Source of the DNA: a bacterium
GTDB lineage: Bacteria > JADJOY01
NCBI GenBank assembly: GCA_046331705.1
Contig: JAXLQJ010000010.1
Coordinates: 1-64,000 of the forward strand
Direction: 5' to 3'
Length of the DNA: 64,000 nucleotides
Shown: piece by piece, positions 29,991-40,014 of the stretch
Layout: each line of letters opens with the position of its first letter
Numbering within the stretch: the stretch's first letter is position 1
The notes under the pieces: generated by a model
The model's input: only the letters and a program-made list of their open reading frames with translations
What the model was told of the DNA's origin: nothing
Database searches by the model: none
Made by a program: the position numbers and the translations under genes

Positions 29991-31670
29991 ATGGCCAAGC
30001 GATGCGATTCACCGTTGGCACTCGACAACGCCTATCACTGGGAGAAGGTGCTCGCGAACAAGACCTATCTGACCCAGCCGTATCCGGGCGGGACGACGCG
30101 CGACTGGAGCTGGGTGCAGGCGATGGACGAGGTGCGGCGCATGGCGGCGCATCTGCGCTCGCTGGGACTGCCGCCCCGCAGTCACGTCGCGCTGATGGCG
30201 AAGAACCAAGCGCAGTGGATCATGACCGACCTCGCGATCTGGGTGGCGGGGCACGTGTCGATCCCGCTCTATCCGAACCTCACGTCGGACACCGTGGCGC
30301 AGATCCTCGACCACAGCGAGGCGAAGCTGATCCTGATCGGCAAGCTCGATTCGTGGGACATGATGAAGGACGGCGTGCCGGCCGCGATGCCGCGAATCGC
30401 GCTGCCGATGAGCCCGATCTCGGGCGCGCCCACCTGGGACGAGATCATCCCCAGCACCCAGCCGCTGCGCGAGAGCCCTGCGCGCGACGCCGACGATCTC
30501 GCCACGATCATCTACACGTCGGGCTCCACGGGCACGCCCAAGGGGGTGATGCACAGCTTCCGCACCATGGGCCTCTCCGGCGTCGGCATCACCCGACACC
30601 TCACCGTCACCCACGACGACCGCATGCTCTCGTACCTGCCGCTTGCCCACGCCTTCGAGCGCTTCGTGGTCGAGATGGGCTCGATGGCGGCGGGTTTCCA
30701 CATCTTCTTCGCCGAATCCCTCGACACCTTCGTGCAGGACTTGCAGCGCGCGCGGCCCACGCTCTTCATCTCGGTGCCGCGCCTGTGGCTCAAGTTCCAG
30801 CTCGGCGTGTTCGCGAAGATGCCGCCCGAAAAGCTCGATCGCCTGCTCAAGATCCCGGTGGTGCGCGGAATCGTCGGCAAGAAGGTCCTCAAGGGACTCG
30901 GCCTCGACAGCGTGCGCTTCGCGGGCAGCGGCTCGGCGCCGATCCCCGCGGACGTCATCGGCTGGTACCGGCGGCTCGGCCTCGAGCTCCTCGAGGGCTA
31001 CGGGATGACCGAGAACTTCTCGTACTCGCATGCCTCGGAGCCCGGCGAGGCACGGGTGGGCTACGTGGGCACCGCGTATCCCGACTGCGAGTGCCGCATC
31101 AGTCCCGCCGGCGAGATCGAGGTCAAGAGCCCCGGCACGATGCTCGGCTACTACAAGGCCCCCGATCTCACGGCCGAGATGATGACGGCCGACGGCTTCC
31201 TCAAGACCGGCGATCGCGGCGAGATGGACGAGAAGGGCCGGCTCCGGATCACCGGCCGTGTGAAGGAGCTCTTCAAGACCAGCAAGGGGAAGTACGTGGC
31301 GCCCGCGCCCATCGAGAACAAGCTGCTCAGCAACACCCGTCTCGAGCAGGCGTGCGTGACCGGCTCCGGGCAACCGCAGCCGCACGCGATCATCGTGCTC
31401 GCGGAGCAGCTACGCGCCGATCTGGCCAAGGGCAGTGTGACCCGGGATCAGATCACGCCCGAGCTCGAGAAGCTCGTCGAGCAGGTGAACGCCACCCTCG
31501 ATCCCCACGAGCAGCTCGAGTTCCTGGTGGTCGCGAAGGAGCCGTGGATGATCGAGAACGGCTACCTCACGCCCACGCTCAAGATCAAACGTGCCGCCGT
31601 CGAGAAGACCTACACTCCGATGTCCGACGGCTGGTACTCGTCGCGCAAGCACGTCATCTGGCAGGAGTAG
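29991..31670 (+). CDS. Long-chain acyl-CoA synthetase (AMP-binding)
   Basis: IYTSGSTGTPKG, EGYGMTE, KTGDRG, GKYVAPAPIE, LTPTLKIKR. Confidence 0.92.
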   Translation: MAKRCDSPLALDNAYHWEKVLANKTYLTQPYPGGTTRDWSWVQAMDEVRRMAAHLRSLGLPPRSHVALMAKNQAQWIMTDLAIWVAGHVSIPLYPNLTSDTVAQILDHSEAKLILIGKLDSWDMMKDGVPAAMPRIALPMSPISGAPTWDEIIPSTQPLRESPARDADDLATIIYTSGSTGTPKGVMHSFRTMGLSGVGITRHLTVTHDDRMLSYLPLAHAFERFVVEMGSMAAGFHIFFAESLDTFVQDLQRARPTLFISVPRLWLKFQLGVFAKMPPEKLDRLLKIPVVRGIVGKKVLKGLGLDSVRFAGSGSAPIPADVIGWYRRLGLELLEGYGMTENFSYSHASEPGEARVGYVGTAYPDCECRISPAGEIEVKSPGTMLGYYKAPDLTAEMMTADGFLKTGDRGEMDEKGRLRITGRVKELFKTSKGKYVAPAPIENKLLSNTRLEQACVTGSGQPQPHAIIVLAEQLRADLAKGSVTRDQITPELEKLVEQVNATLDPHEQLEFLVVAKEPWMIENGYLTPTLKIKRAAVEKTYTPMSDGWYSSRKHVIWQE

Positions 31671-31857
31671 CCGCGCACCGGCGTGCTTCGCGCACCGGAA
31701 CGCTGCTGCACCGGACGTCGTCTCGGGGTCCGTTCCAGACCCCCGCCCCACCCAAGCCGTGTCGCTTCGCGCGCGCGGCGCCACTGGCTGGCGCCGCGCG
31801 TGATCGGCGTCGCGCGGGGAGAGTGAACGGGCGAGCGGGCAGGTGGGGCGCGAGTGA

Positions 31858-33459
31858 TCAGCGCGCGGCGAGGCGCGCTCGCATGAGCGGCGCCACGGAT
31901 TCGAGGATGCGTCGCGCGAGCACCTCGTTCCCTTCCTCGCCCACGTGGCACCAGTCGATGTAGACGTCCTGGGTCGAGTCCGAGAACGTATCGCCGAGAT
32001 CGACGATCGAATTGCCGATGGCGGCGCGCGTGCCGCCGTAGATCGCCGCCAGGTTCGGCCCGAACGCGTCGGCGTGCGCCTTCTCCTCGTCGCTCTTGGC
32101 GCGCTTGGTGAAGACCGCGGGCTGCCAGAACGCGGTCACCGCGAAACCATACTCCTTGCCGAGGCGCGCCGCGTGGGCGGCCCCTTCGCGGTGGCGCCGC
32201 GCAACCGTGGCGGCCACTTGCTCCACGCTCAGCTCCGCGGGCCAGGCCAGCTCGAATCGGGGTGCCGGTGCGACGCCGCGGCTCGCGATCGCCTTCAGCA
32301 GCAAGTGCACCCCGCTCACGTCGCGGAGGGCGGGCAGCAACTCGTGGCGATCGAGGAAGCGCGCCTGCCACCGCGCCAGATTCTGGTGAATGCGTTCGCG
32401 CTCGCCGTCGAGGGGCGACTGGAAGTGCGCGAACACGTCGTTGGCGCCGTCGTAGAGGATCGCCAGGTCCGGTGCGCGACCGGCCGCGGCGAGCTCGCTG
32501 AGCCGCAGCACCTCCTGCCACTGCACGTAACCATCCTCGCCATAGTTGGTGACGTGCACCGGAAAGCCGGCCTCGGTGGCCAAACGGGCGAACGCCGAGG
32601 GCAGCGTGCCGCCGTCCCTGCTGCCCACCCCCCACACCGTCGATCCGCCGAAGAAATCGATCTCGAGGGGGCGCGGCTGCGGCGCCGGCGGCGGGTTCTC
32701 GGTCCGACGCAACCCACCTTCGACGTGGACGTACTGCGCCGTGTGTCCTGCCTCGGGGAAGTCGCTGCGCTGCCACCCCAGGAAGGGGCGATAGCGCGCG
32801 TGGGTCGCCGCGAGCTCCCGGAAATAGTCGCGCGCCCAGGCCTTGCCGGCGTAGACCGCGGAATGGGCGCGCGCGTCGAGTGGCGCGCGGTCCGTCCATC
32901 CGGTGGCGCGCAGCGCCGCTCCCAGCGCAACGTTGAGCAACACCAGCCACAACGCGGCGGTGACGAGCCGGACCAAGAACGGCGAACGCCCACGCACGCT
33001 CGGGTGAACGTAGGTCTCGTCGCTGAACTGGTGGAAGTAGCGCACCTTGGGGCGCTCGTGATCGGCGCGTACCCAATAGCTCGACACGCGTCGGTCGGGC
33101 TCAGCGTCGAGCGGGTCGGCGCGACGGAGCCGCTGCCAGAGCGCCACCGGTGTGAAGAGCCCGAAGAAGACCGGCAGCAGCAGAACCCAGGTCAACGCCT
33201 CGCCGACCCAATACCCGAGCTTCGCGAAGAACCCCTGGATTCGTGACGCGGCCGTGCGCGATGCCCGGCTCACCGCGAACAGGGTGAGACCCACTCCCGC
33301 CACCACCGCGGCGGCGATCGGCTTGCCGCGCCAATAGAAGAATCCAGCGACCGCGAGCGGGATCAGCAGCTCGGCCACCACGCGTGCCGGACCGGGGGCG
33401 TGCGACACCACGGGCGGTGCGCCGACCTTGTTCCACTCCCAGCGATTGGGATTCTTCAT
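31858..33459 (-). CDS. SxtJ-like membrane domain fused to SGNH/GDSL hydrolase domain
   Basis: N-part: LGYWVG..LTWVLLLPVFFGLFTPVAL..RL...DPL....SSYW. C-part: FFGGSTVWG, YDGAND, YIDWCH. Confidence 0.7.
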   Translation of the reverse strand: MKNPNRWEWNKVGAPPVVSHAPGPARVVAELLIPLAVAGFFYWRGKPIAAAVVAGVGLTLFAVSRASRTAASRIQGFFAKLGYWVGEALTWVLLLPVFFGLFTPVALWQRLRRADPLDAEPDRRVSSYWVRADHERPKVRYFHQFSDETYVHPSVRGRSPFLVRLVTAALWLVLLNVALGAALRATGWTDRAPLDARAHSAVYAGKAWARDYFRELAATHARYRPFLGWQRSDFPEAGHTAQYVHVEGGLRRTENPPPAPQPRPLEIDFFGGSTVWGVGSRDGGTLPSAFARLATEAGFPVHVTNYGEDGYVQWQEVLRLSELAAAGRAPDLAILYDGANDVFAHFQSPLDGERERIHQNLARWQARFLDRHELLPALRDVSGVHLLLKAIASRGVAPAPRFELAWPAELSVEQVAATVARRHREGAAHAARLGKEYGFAVTAFWQPAVFTKRAKSDEEKAHADAFGPNLAAIYGGTRAAIGNSIVDLGDTFSDSTQDVYIDWCHVGEEGNEVLARRILESVAPLMRARLAAR

Positions 33460-33514
33460 GCCAGTGTGAAGCCGGATGGAGGGTGGGGGCCGCGGCGCGC
33501 CGGGACGCGCGAAC

Positions 33515-35503
33515 TTAACGCGAATCGTCGGGCGTGCCAGCGCCGAAACGCGCTTCCACCCGATCCGGCGACACCCCGTAGAGCTCTGCGACCCGCGCAT
33601 CGAGCTCGGCGAGGACGCGCGCACGCGCTTCGCCGGCGGGCACGGGACCGGCGAGCCCGAGAAGCACCCGCGCGAGATTGCCGATCTCCCGCCGCGTCCG
33701 ATCGTCCGGCGGCAGCGCGATCGGCAGGCCGCCGAGCACGGGATCGTCGAGATGGACGGTCAGCGTCGCGTGGCTGATGACCACGTCGCGAAGATAGGCG
33801 TGGATGAGCGACGAGTTGAGCATGGCCATCAGGAAGAACGTGTCGACGCGGGAATCCGTGGGCGTGAGGACGTTGACGGTGTCGAGCGGCAGCATGCCGC
33901 TCGGCAGCAGCGTGGCCTCGATCTCGTTCGAGACGTTCTGGATGCCGATCGCGGGCTCGCTCAGCAGCGCGCTGCCTGCATCGCTGGCGCTGACGCGCGG
34001 GAGCGCCGCCGGATCGAGGAGGCCGAAGGGCGTCAGGTCGCGTCCCTGGACCACCGCGACCGAGTCGGCGGTCAGGGCTCGTCCGAGGCGCTGGCGGCGC
34101 TTCGGCAGGTTGAGCCCGCGTTGGTTGCGTGCCAGCGCGCGCAACGGCACGGCGCGCGCTTCCATCGCGCGGAAGATCGCCAGCCCCGCCTCGGTCACGC
34201 CGAGCGGCAACGTCTCGTGGCGGTTCACGAAGCTGCGCGGGATGCGGGCGCTGCGCACGAGGTCGCCGCCGCGCGCACGAAACACGTCGACCCGTGGCGG
34301 CGCTTTGCCCGTGGTGCCGGTGACGATCATGGTGTTGAACGAGACCCCGGGGAACGCGTTGCCGAGGTCGACGAGGGTGGTGATGGAGAGCCGGCTGGTG
34401 AGCATCCGGCGCGCCGGTCCGTACGCACCCGAGCGGGTCAGCGAATGCGGCAGGACGAATCCCAAATATCCGCTGGGCGCCAGCAGCTCGAGGGAGCGCT
34501 CGAGGAAGAGTGCTGCGGTGTCGATCCTGCCGCGGGCCAGGCGGTAGCGGCGTCGTAGCCAGGTCTTCTCGGAGGCCGAGAGCCGGCCACCGTAGGGCGG
34601 GTTGCCAACGATGACGTGGAACGGCGAGCGACTCGCCAGCAGCCCGCCGCCGTCGTCGAGGCGGGGTGGGCCGCGCCGGCCAGGGTCGCCGAACGGCAGC
34701 TCCAGGCTCTCGTCGCCGGGCTCGGGAGGTGCCGCGGCGTCCCACAGCGCGTTCTCGTGGAAGACCCGTGGCCGAGCCAGCTCGCCGCCGTCGCGGTACG
34801 AGTCGATCGCTCGCGCGACGAGGCGAATGCGCGTCACCACCACGGCGACCGGGTCCCAGTCGACGGCGTGAAGGTTCCGCGTCAGCGCGCGCCGGCGCGC
34901 CTCGCGCGGATCGACGCCCGCGGCGATCCAGGCGGCTGCGAGGCGCTCCAGGATCGGCACCGCGAAATCGCCCGAGCCGCAGGCGGGCTCCAGCACCTTG
35001 AGCGCCTCCAGCGGGACGGTGCGCAGCGCGCGGTCGAGCGTGTGGTCCAAGATGTGCGAGACGAACGCGCTCGGCGTGTAGAACTTGCCCATGGCGTTGC
35101 GGTCGTGGGCCACGCCGAAGTCGCGCACCAGCTCGTCGAGGCCGCGCGCGCCCCATTCGAGCCAGGGCACGCCCTCGAGGGTGCGTTCGAGCTCCTCGCG
35201 CTCGGTCGCGTCGAGGGTGAACGGAGGGCCGGCGCCGGGTGCTTCGAGGGCGCGCAGTCCGAGCAGCTCGGTGCTGCGGCGGCGCGCGTCCGCAACACCC
35301 ACGGTGCGGAGGTAGCTGGCCAGGATCGCGTCCAGGATCGCCAGGTCGGCGCGGGCACGGGCGCCGAGGCCGTGGGCCGGCTCGGGCTCCTGCGAACGAC
35401 GCTTGGCGCGCTCGGCGCGCAGCCGAGCCACGGCGGCTTCGACCCGCGCGATCTCGCCGGTGAGTTGGCGCGCCGAGGCGTGGGAGCGTGATCGCGTGGG
35501 CAT
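33515..35503 (-). CDS. N6-adenine DNA methyltransferase, gamma-class order with C-terminal TaqI-like specificity domain
   Basis: GKFYTP, LEPACGSGDF (motif I), VGNPPY (motif IV), FLERSLELL..GYLGFVLP, MLNSSL. Confidence 0.85.
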   Translation of the reverse strand: MPTRSRSHASARQLTGEIARVEAAVARLRAERAKRRSQEPEPAHGLGARARADLAILDAILASYLRTVGVADARRRSTELLGLRALEAPGAGPPFTLDATEREELERTLEGVPWLEWGARGLDELVRDFGVAHDRNAMGKFYTPSAFVSHILDHTLDRALRTVPLEALKVLEPACGSGDFAVPILERLAAAWIAAGVDPREARRRALTRNLHAVDWDPVAVVVTRIRLVARAIDSYRDGGELARPRVFHENALWDAAAPPEPGDESLELPFGDPGRRGPPRLDDGGGLLASRSPFHVIVGNPPYGGRLSASEKTWLRRRYRLARGRIDTAALFLERSLELLAPSGYLGFVLPHSLTRSGAYGPARRMLTSRLSITTLVDLGNAFPGVSFNTMIVTGTTGKAPPRVDVFRARGGDLVRSARIPRSFVNRHETLPLGVTEAGLAIFRAMEARAVPLRALARNQRGLNLPKRRQRLGRALTADSVAVVQGRDLTPFGLLDPAALPRVSASDAGSALLSEPAIGIQNVSNEIEATLLPSGMLPLDTVNVLTPTDSRVDTFFLMAMLNSSLIHAYLRDVVISHATLTVHLDDPVLGGLPIALPPDDRTRREIGNLARVLLGLAGPVPAGEARARVLAELDARVAELYGVSPDRVEARFGAGTPDDSR

Positions 35504-35666
35504 GGCGTGGTGGGGTGTGGGCGCGCGCGAGGCCGCATCCTACCTTCCTCGATGTCGCGGGGCGCGCGCGGCGGCAGGGGCGTCGGTCACCTTGTAGGGA
35601 AAACTCCGGTCTGCTAACAGGTCTGGACGAGGAGCTCGTGCGCCGTCGAGCGACAGGGAGGAATCC

Positions 35667-36938
35667 GTGGTGATCGCATGCCGAGGCTCGCGCTGGCGCA
35701 CGCTCGCCGCCCTCGGGTGCGCGCTGGTGCTGCTCGGCGCGGCCGATCGTGTCCACGCCACGCCTTTCGAGGAGCGCGCGGCATCGCTGGAAGCGCAGAT
35801 CGCCGAGAAGAAGCGCGCGATCGAGCAGATCGAGCGCCGCAACGCCGATCTCAAGCGCGGCGTCGACGCCAATCCCGCGAACACCGGCGCCAACTTCTCG
35901 GCGCGACAGGAGATGCGCACCAACGCTCGTTACGTCGCCGTGTACCAAGGCGAGCTCGAGCAGCTCGAGCGCTCGCTCGCGGCGGTGCGCGCCGCCGCCA
36001 CCGCCGCGGTCGCGGAACCGCCCGTGAAGCCCAGACGTCCCGAGCGGCCTGCCGTCGCGCCGCCGCCGGTGGCGGAGCCCGTGGTGCGCGACCCGGTGGC
36101 GCCGCCCGCGGAGCCCGAGTCCGACACGACGGACCCGGGCACGCTCGGCCGTGGCGAGGTCCGCGAGCTGATGCGGAGCTGGGCGCTCGGCCAGAGCGGC
36201 GTCCCCGGGATGGGAGCGTACGCGAACGACGAGACGCCGCTGGCGATCGTGATGCGCGGCCTCGATTGGTGGCTCGATTGGCGTGAGCTCGCCGCCGGTC
36301 TGGTGCTGGGCGCGCTCGCCGGCGCAGCGATTCCCTGGGCCACCACCTGGCTGTTGCGTCGTCGCTTGCCGGCACGCGCGCCGGTGGTCGGCGCGATGAG
36401 CCGCAAATGGGTGAGCGCCGCCGGCGCTGCCGGGGCGCCGTCCAAGCAATGGCTCGATCTGAGCACCAAGGCGGCGGCGCCCGCCCGCGTGGCGGCCGCC
36501 GCCGCGGGCTTCGTCGCGCTCGCGCTGGCGGTCCAAGCCGTCGCGTCGTGGATCGGCTGGGGGCCGCGCGTCGGTACGCCCGGGATCGGCGGAGAGCTCG
36601 TGATGCTGGTCGTCGCGGTCGCGCTCGCTGCCGGGGCGATGGTGCTGTGGAGGCAGCGAACCTTCGAGCCGGCGTTCGCCGCAGCGTGCGGCCTGGGAAT
36701 GGCGTGTGTGGTGCCCGCCGCGCTGGGGCTCAGCCCGTTCGGCGGCCGCGGCGCGTGGGTCTGGGTGGCGGTGTTGGGGGTGGGGACCGCGCTCGAGATG
36801 CGCGCGGCCACCGTGCTCTGGCCGCTCACCGGGCCGCGGGCGACGCTCGACGCGTCACGCCGGACCACGGTGGCGAACACCGCGATCGGCGCAGTCGTCG
36901 GGCTCGTGGTGGCGGCTCTCTATCTCGCGTCGGCGTGA
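35667..36938 (+). CDS. Hypothetical membrane protein (signal peptide, coiled coil, Pro-rich linker, multiple TMs)
   Basis: GGAGG RBS before GTG. Composition-based architecture only. Confidence 0.6.
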   Translation: MVIACRGSRWRTLAALGCALVLLGAADRVHATPFEERAASLEAQIAEKKRAIEQIERRNADLKRGVDANPANTGANFSARQEMRTNARYVAVYQGELEQLERSLAAVRAAATAAVAEPPVKPRRPERPAVAPPPVAEPVVRDPVAPPAEPESDTTDPGTLGRGEVRELMRSWALGQSGVPGMGAYANDETPLAIVMRGLDWWLDWRELAAGLVLGALAGAAIPWATTWLLRRRLPARAPVVGAMSRKWVSAAGAAGAPSKQWLDLSTKAAAPARVAAAAAGFVALALAVQAVASWIGWGPRVGTPGIGGELVMLVVAVALAAGAMVLWRQRTFEPAFAAACGLGMACVVPAALGLSPFGGRGAWVWVAVLGVGTALEMRAATVLWPLTGPRATLDASRRTTVANTAIGAVVGLVVAALYLASA

Positions 36939-36993
36939 CGATCGCCCTCGCGCGGCGGGCATCCGCCTGCGCGCGGACGCGAGTCGGATTCGC

Positions 36994-37022
36994 TTGCCGG
37001 CGATGGGGGGGAGGGGTAGCAT
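36994..37022 (+). promoter_or_regulatory. Putative sigma70 promoter for transketolase operon
   Basis: TTGCCG-N17-TAGCAT. Confidence 0.45.
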
Positions 37023-37185
37023 TGCCCGAGTCGACGCCGGATCGACCTTCGTTCACAACCGACTTTGGTCACGTCTGTGTGCTCGGGCGGCCGCTTGGGC
37101 TGCAACCAGGCGCGGAGTGGTCGCTTTGCGAGGCGGTCGTGGGGCGGCGAATGCGGTGACGGTGCATTTCAGACCCGAGGAGAGC

Positions 37186-38025
37186 ATGTCGATCAGTGAC
37201 CAGGATCTGGCGCGGCTCGAGCAGATCCGCAAACGGCTCGCGATTTGGAGCATCCGCATGACGACCGCCGCGGGCAGCGGCCATCCGTCGTCGTGCTTGA
37301 GCGCGTCGCACATGGTGACGGCGCTCTATTTCGGCGGTTTCCTGCGACTCGATCCAAAGCGCCCGGACGCTCCCGAGCGCGATCGCTTCATCATGAGCAA
37401 GGGCCACGCGGCGCCGATTCTGTACGCGGCGCTCGCCGAGAAGGGCGTGGTCGAGACCAGCGAGCTGCTGAACCTGCGCAAGATCGGCAACCCGCTCGAG
37501 GGCCACCCGAACCTGCGGCGGGTGCCGGGCGTGGAAGCGTCCACGGGATCGCTCGGCCAGGGCCTGTCGATCGGCCTCGGAATCGCGCTCGCCCAGAAGC
37601 TCGCCAAGAACGACGCCCGCACCTACGTGCTCACGGGTGACGGCGAGCTGGACGAAGGTCAGGTCTGGGAGGCCGCGATGACGGCATCCAAGTACAAGGC
37701 GGACAACCTGATCGCCATGGTCGATCGCAATCATTACCAGCAGACCGGGCACGGCGACGTCGTGCTGCCCCTCGAGCCGCTCGCCGCCAAGTGGCAGGCA
37801 TGCGGCTGGGAGACCTACGAAATCGACGGCCACGACTGGAAGCAGGTGATCGGCGCGCTGAGCCGGGCGAGCGACTCGCGCGGCCGGCCGACCGCGATCC
37901 TGGCGCGCACCGTGAAGGGTTACGGTGTCACCAAGATCGTCGACGACCCAGGCAACAAGTTTCACGGGGTGCCGCTCAAGGCGCAGGAAGCCGAAGAGGC
38001 GATCCAGGAGATCGAACGCGCATGA
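37186..38025 (+). CDS. tkt: Transketolase, N-terminal subunit
   Basis: GSGHP, DRFIMSKGHAAP, STGSLGQG, GDGELDEG TPP motif. GAGGAG RBS. Confidence 0.93.
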   Translation: MSISDQDLARLEQIRKRLAIWSIRMTTAAGSGHPSSCLSASHMVTALYFGGFLRLDPKRPDAPERDRFIMSKGHAAPILYAALAEKGVVETSELLNLRKIGNPLEGHPNLRRVPGVEASTGSLGQGLSIGLGIALAQKLAKNDARTYVLTGDGELDEGQVWEAAMTASKYKADNLIAMVDRNHYQQTGHGDVVLPLEPLAAKWQACGWETYEIDGHDWKQVIGALSRASDSRGRPTAILARTVKGYGVTKIVDDPGNKFHGVPLKAQEAEEAIQEIERA

Positions 38026-38984
38026 ACATCGGTAAGTCGATCGGTCTCGAGATGGGCCTCAGCACCCGCGCCGCGTTCGGCGAGGAGCTGGCGGCGTTGG
38101 GCGCGGCGTTTCCCACGCTGGTGGTGGTCGACGGGGACGTCGGCAACTCGACGCGTACCGAGGTGTTCGGCAAGAAGTTTCCCGAGCGCTTCTTCAACGC
38201 CGGCATCGCCGAGAGCAACATGGTGAGCATGGCGGCGGGATTCGCGCTGTCGGGTCACATCGCCGTGGCGTCGAGCTTCGCGGCGTTCCTGACCTGCAAC
38301 GCGTACGATCAGATCCGCATGGGCGTGGGCTTCCCGCGCGCCAACGTGAAGCTGGTCGGCAGCCATTGCGGGATCTCGATCGGCGAGGACGGCCCCAGCC
38401 AGATGGGGATCGAGGATCTCGCGCTCATGTCGTCGATCCCCGGCATGGTGGTGCTGGCGCCGTGCGATGCGGCGAGTGCGCGGGCGCTGACGCGCAAGAT
38501 GCTGGAGCACGCGGGGCCGGTGTACATGCGCACCGGTCGACCCGAGGTGCCGGTGGTCTACAAGGACGGCGCCGCGGGGCTCGAGATCGGGAAGGCCGTG
38601 AAGCTGCGCGAGGGCAAGGACGCCACCGTCATCGCGTGCGGGCTCATGGTGCCGCTCGCCTTGGAGGCGGCCGCCGAGCTGGCCAAGCGCGGCGTCGAGT
38701 GCCGTGTTCTCGACATGCACACCGTGAAGCCGCTCGATCGCGAGGCGGTGCTCGCCGCGGCCCGCGAGACCCAGCGCGTGGTCACGGCCGAGGAGCACCT
38801 TCTCGACGGTGGTCTGGGCAGCGCGGTCGCGCGGCTGGTCGCCGAAGAGGCGCCGTGCCGCATGGCGTTCGTCGGCATCCGGGACACCTACGCCGAGAGC
38901 GGCAAGCCGCAAGAGCTGCTCGACAAGTACGGCCTCACCGCCGCGCAGATCGTGGCGGCCGTGGATCGCTGCCGCGCGGCGTAG
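38022..38984 (+). CDS. tkt: Transketolase, C-terminal subunit
   Basis: ATGA overlap. GIAESNM, GEDGPSQ, TVKPLD, EEH...GGLGSAV. Confidence 0.93.
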   Translation: MNIGKSIGLEMGLSTRAAFGEELAALGAAFPTLVVVDGDVGNSTRTEVFGKKFPERFFNAGIAESNMVSMAAGFALSGHIAVASSFAAFLTCNAYDQIRMGVGFPRANVKLVGSHCGISIGEDGPSQMGIEDLALMSSIPGMVVLAPCDAASARALTRKMLEHAGPVYMRTGRPEVPVVYKDGAAGLEIGKAVKLREGKDATVIACGLMVPLALEAAAELAKRGVECRVLDMHTVKPLDREAVLAAARETQRVVTAEEHLLDGGLGSAVARLVAEEAPCRMAFVGIRDTYAESGKPQELLDKYGLTAAQIVAAVDRCRAA

Positions 38985-39034
38985 ATCGCGGGCGGATGCC
39001 GCGCTCGGCGTTCGAGGCCGATGCGCCGGGTGCG

Positions 39035-39068
39035 AGGCCCACCGCAGTCGCGGTGGGCCTTTCGCTTT
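39035..39068 (+). terminator. Intrinsic terminator
   Basis: Perfect 11-bp stem AGGCCCACCGC/GCGGTGGGCCT with 4-nt loop, then TTCGCTTT, between convergent genes. Confidence 0.7.
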
Positions 39069-39102
39069 CGAGGAGGTCGGGCGCGCTCGCTCGCTCGCGG
39101 GA

Positions 39103-39885
39103 TCAGCCGGCGGTGATGCCGCCGTCGATGGCGAGCGATGCCCCGGTGATGTAGCCGGCCTGCGGCGACGCCAGGAAGAGCACCAAGCTCGCGATCTCGC
39201 TCGGCTCGGCGATGCGCTTGATCGCGCTGCGCGCCAGCACCCGCTCCAGATGGTCGGGGATGCGATCGGGCTGCACGCCCATGGGCGTGTCCACGTAGCC
39301 GGGGCACACGGTGTTGGCCGTGATGCCGCGCGTGCCCCATTCGAGGGCCACGGTTTTGGTGAACCCGATCACCGCGTGCTTGCTCGCCACGTACGCCGCC
39401 GAGAGCGGCGCTCCGACGAGCCCGTGCGCGGACGCGATCGTGATGATTCGGCCGAAGCCACGCTCCGCCATCGCCGGCAGCACACGCTGCGTGAACAGGA
39501 ACGTGCCCTTGAGGTTCACGTCGAGCACCTGGTCCCATTGGTGCTCGGGGATGGCGTCGACGCGCAGCATCGGACCCGCGACTCCGGCGTCGTTCACCAG
39601 GATGTCGATGCGGCCCCAGCGCGCGAGCGTCGCGGCGACCGCGGTGTCGATCATGGCGGAGCGCGTCACGTCGCAGAATTGAGGCGCCGCCTCGCCACCC
39701 TCGCGCTGGATCTCGGCGACGGTGCGCTCGGCACCGCGCAGATTCCGATCGAGTACCACCACCCGCGCGCCGTCGCGTGCCAGCGCCAGGGCGATCGAGC
39801 GGCCGATTCCGCTCGCGGCGCCAGTGACGATCGCCACGCGGCCGCGGATACCTTCGCGATTGTCGTTGGTGATGTTCGAAGCCAT
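39103..39885 (-). CDS. Short-chain dehydrogenase/reductase
   Basis: TGAASGIG, YVASK, CPGYVDT. Confidence 0.9.
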   Translation of the reverse strand: MASNITNDNREGIRGRVAIVTGAASGIGRSIALALARDGARVVVLDRNLRGAERTVAEIQREGGEAAPQFCDVTRSAMIDTAVAATLARWGRIDILVNDAGVAGPMLRVDAIPEHQWDQVLDVNLKGTFLFTQRVLPAMAERGFGRIITIASAHGLVGAPLSAAYVASKHAVIGFTKTVALEWGTRGITANTVCPGYVDTPMGVQPDRIPDHLERVLARSAIKRIAEPSEIASLVLFLASPQAGYITGASLAIDGGITAG

Positions 39886-40014
39886 TCGCGAAGCCTATGC
39901 CCGAGGCCGTGGGGTTCCAACCGCGTGTGACTCCGCGTAGCGTGGTGGGCGAGCCGAGGCCGTGCGGGGGCGTCGACGCGCGGCGCAGCCGGTCGTCTTG
40001 GTTTCCGATCAGCG

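Noticed and set aside
31671-31720. Three GCACCGG copies after the acyl-CoA synthetase
   Set aside because: Too short and irregular for a CRISPR or REP array, and expected by chance at this GC content.
33456-36536. 1026-aa minus-strand ORF, considered as a possible restriction partner
   Set aside because: Arg/Ala/Pro-rich off-frame read overlapping the methyltransferase, with no nuclease or helicase motifs.
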